Part shown: positions 31,857 to 32,084 of the stretch, in pieces
Layout of the letters: each line of letters opens with the position of its first letter
Numbering within the stretch: the first letter of the stretch is position 1
NCBI GenBank assembly: GCA_049515535.1
Contig: JBEKTZ010000002.1
Coordinates: 335,467 to 367,550 of the forward strand
Length of the DNA stretch: 32,084 bases
From: Candidatus Aminicenantales bacterium
GTDB lineage: Bacteria; Acidobacteriota; Aminicenantia; Aminicenantales; UBA4085
Reading direction: 5' to 3'
The notes under the pieces: model-generated
Database searches by the model: none
Seen by the model: only the letters and a program-made list of their open reading frames with translations
What the model was told of the DNA's origin: nothing
Translations under genes and position numbers: made by a program

Positions 31857-32084
31857 GCGTCAGATAAATGAGCATAAGTCGAGAGAGTCATTAAAATCAA
31901 CAAATTCATTCAACCGGCTCAAAACGAAAATATTATCTTAAAAACAAAGACATTTATATGTGCTGGGTCAGATACATGGTGGACACTACACTAGTCAAGT
32001 ATGATGGGGGGCATGTACTCCCGCAAAGCGATCTGCTATGGCGACATCATCCCCGGCTCTGAGTTCATCCGGTCTCTGGCCCGG

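Noticed and set aside
32001..32084. Possible ORF start at the window end (ATGATGGGG...)
   Set aside because: Too short and has no recognisable motif or RBS, so it cannot be supported.

Overview
GC-rich bacterial chromosomal window, mostly housekeeping. The Gly-repeat TonB and gene repertoire hint at Acidobacteriota/Ca. Aminicenantes, but this is only an impression. Left to right: tgt(3' end)-yajC-secD-secF; tonB-exbB-exbD; a minus-strand ParB-N-domain gene with an SplB-like radical SAM gene; a nucleoside phosphorylase; minus-strand uppS-cdsA-dxr-rseP-ispG-larE; hypC-hypD-hypE plus a secreted (alpha/alpha)6 glycosidase-like gene; a minus-strand RHH-sat-AlkP-family-cysC-epimerase-ugd cluster; phoH-7TM/HD-ybeY-corC-era; tRNA-His and an AT-rich tail with tRNA-Leu and tRNA-His fragments that look like att scars. 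The most striking signal is a 102-bp (34-codon) multi-hairpin repeat with three full copies and one internally deleted copy. It sits in frame inside ispG and hypD, is nested inside itself in hypD, and shows a compensatory base-pair change. Other highlights are a ComEA-like helix-hairpin-helix insert in SecF, a second nested-palindrome element at 7527-7735, a PAPS/UDP-sugar operon lacking a canonical sulfotransferase, and a likely leaderless uppS mRNA. All calls come from reading motifs by eye; no searches were run.
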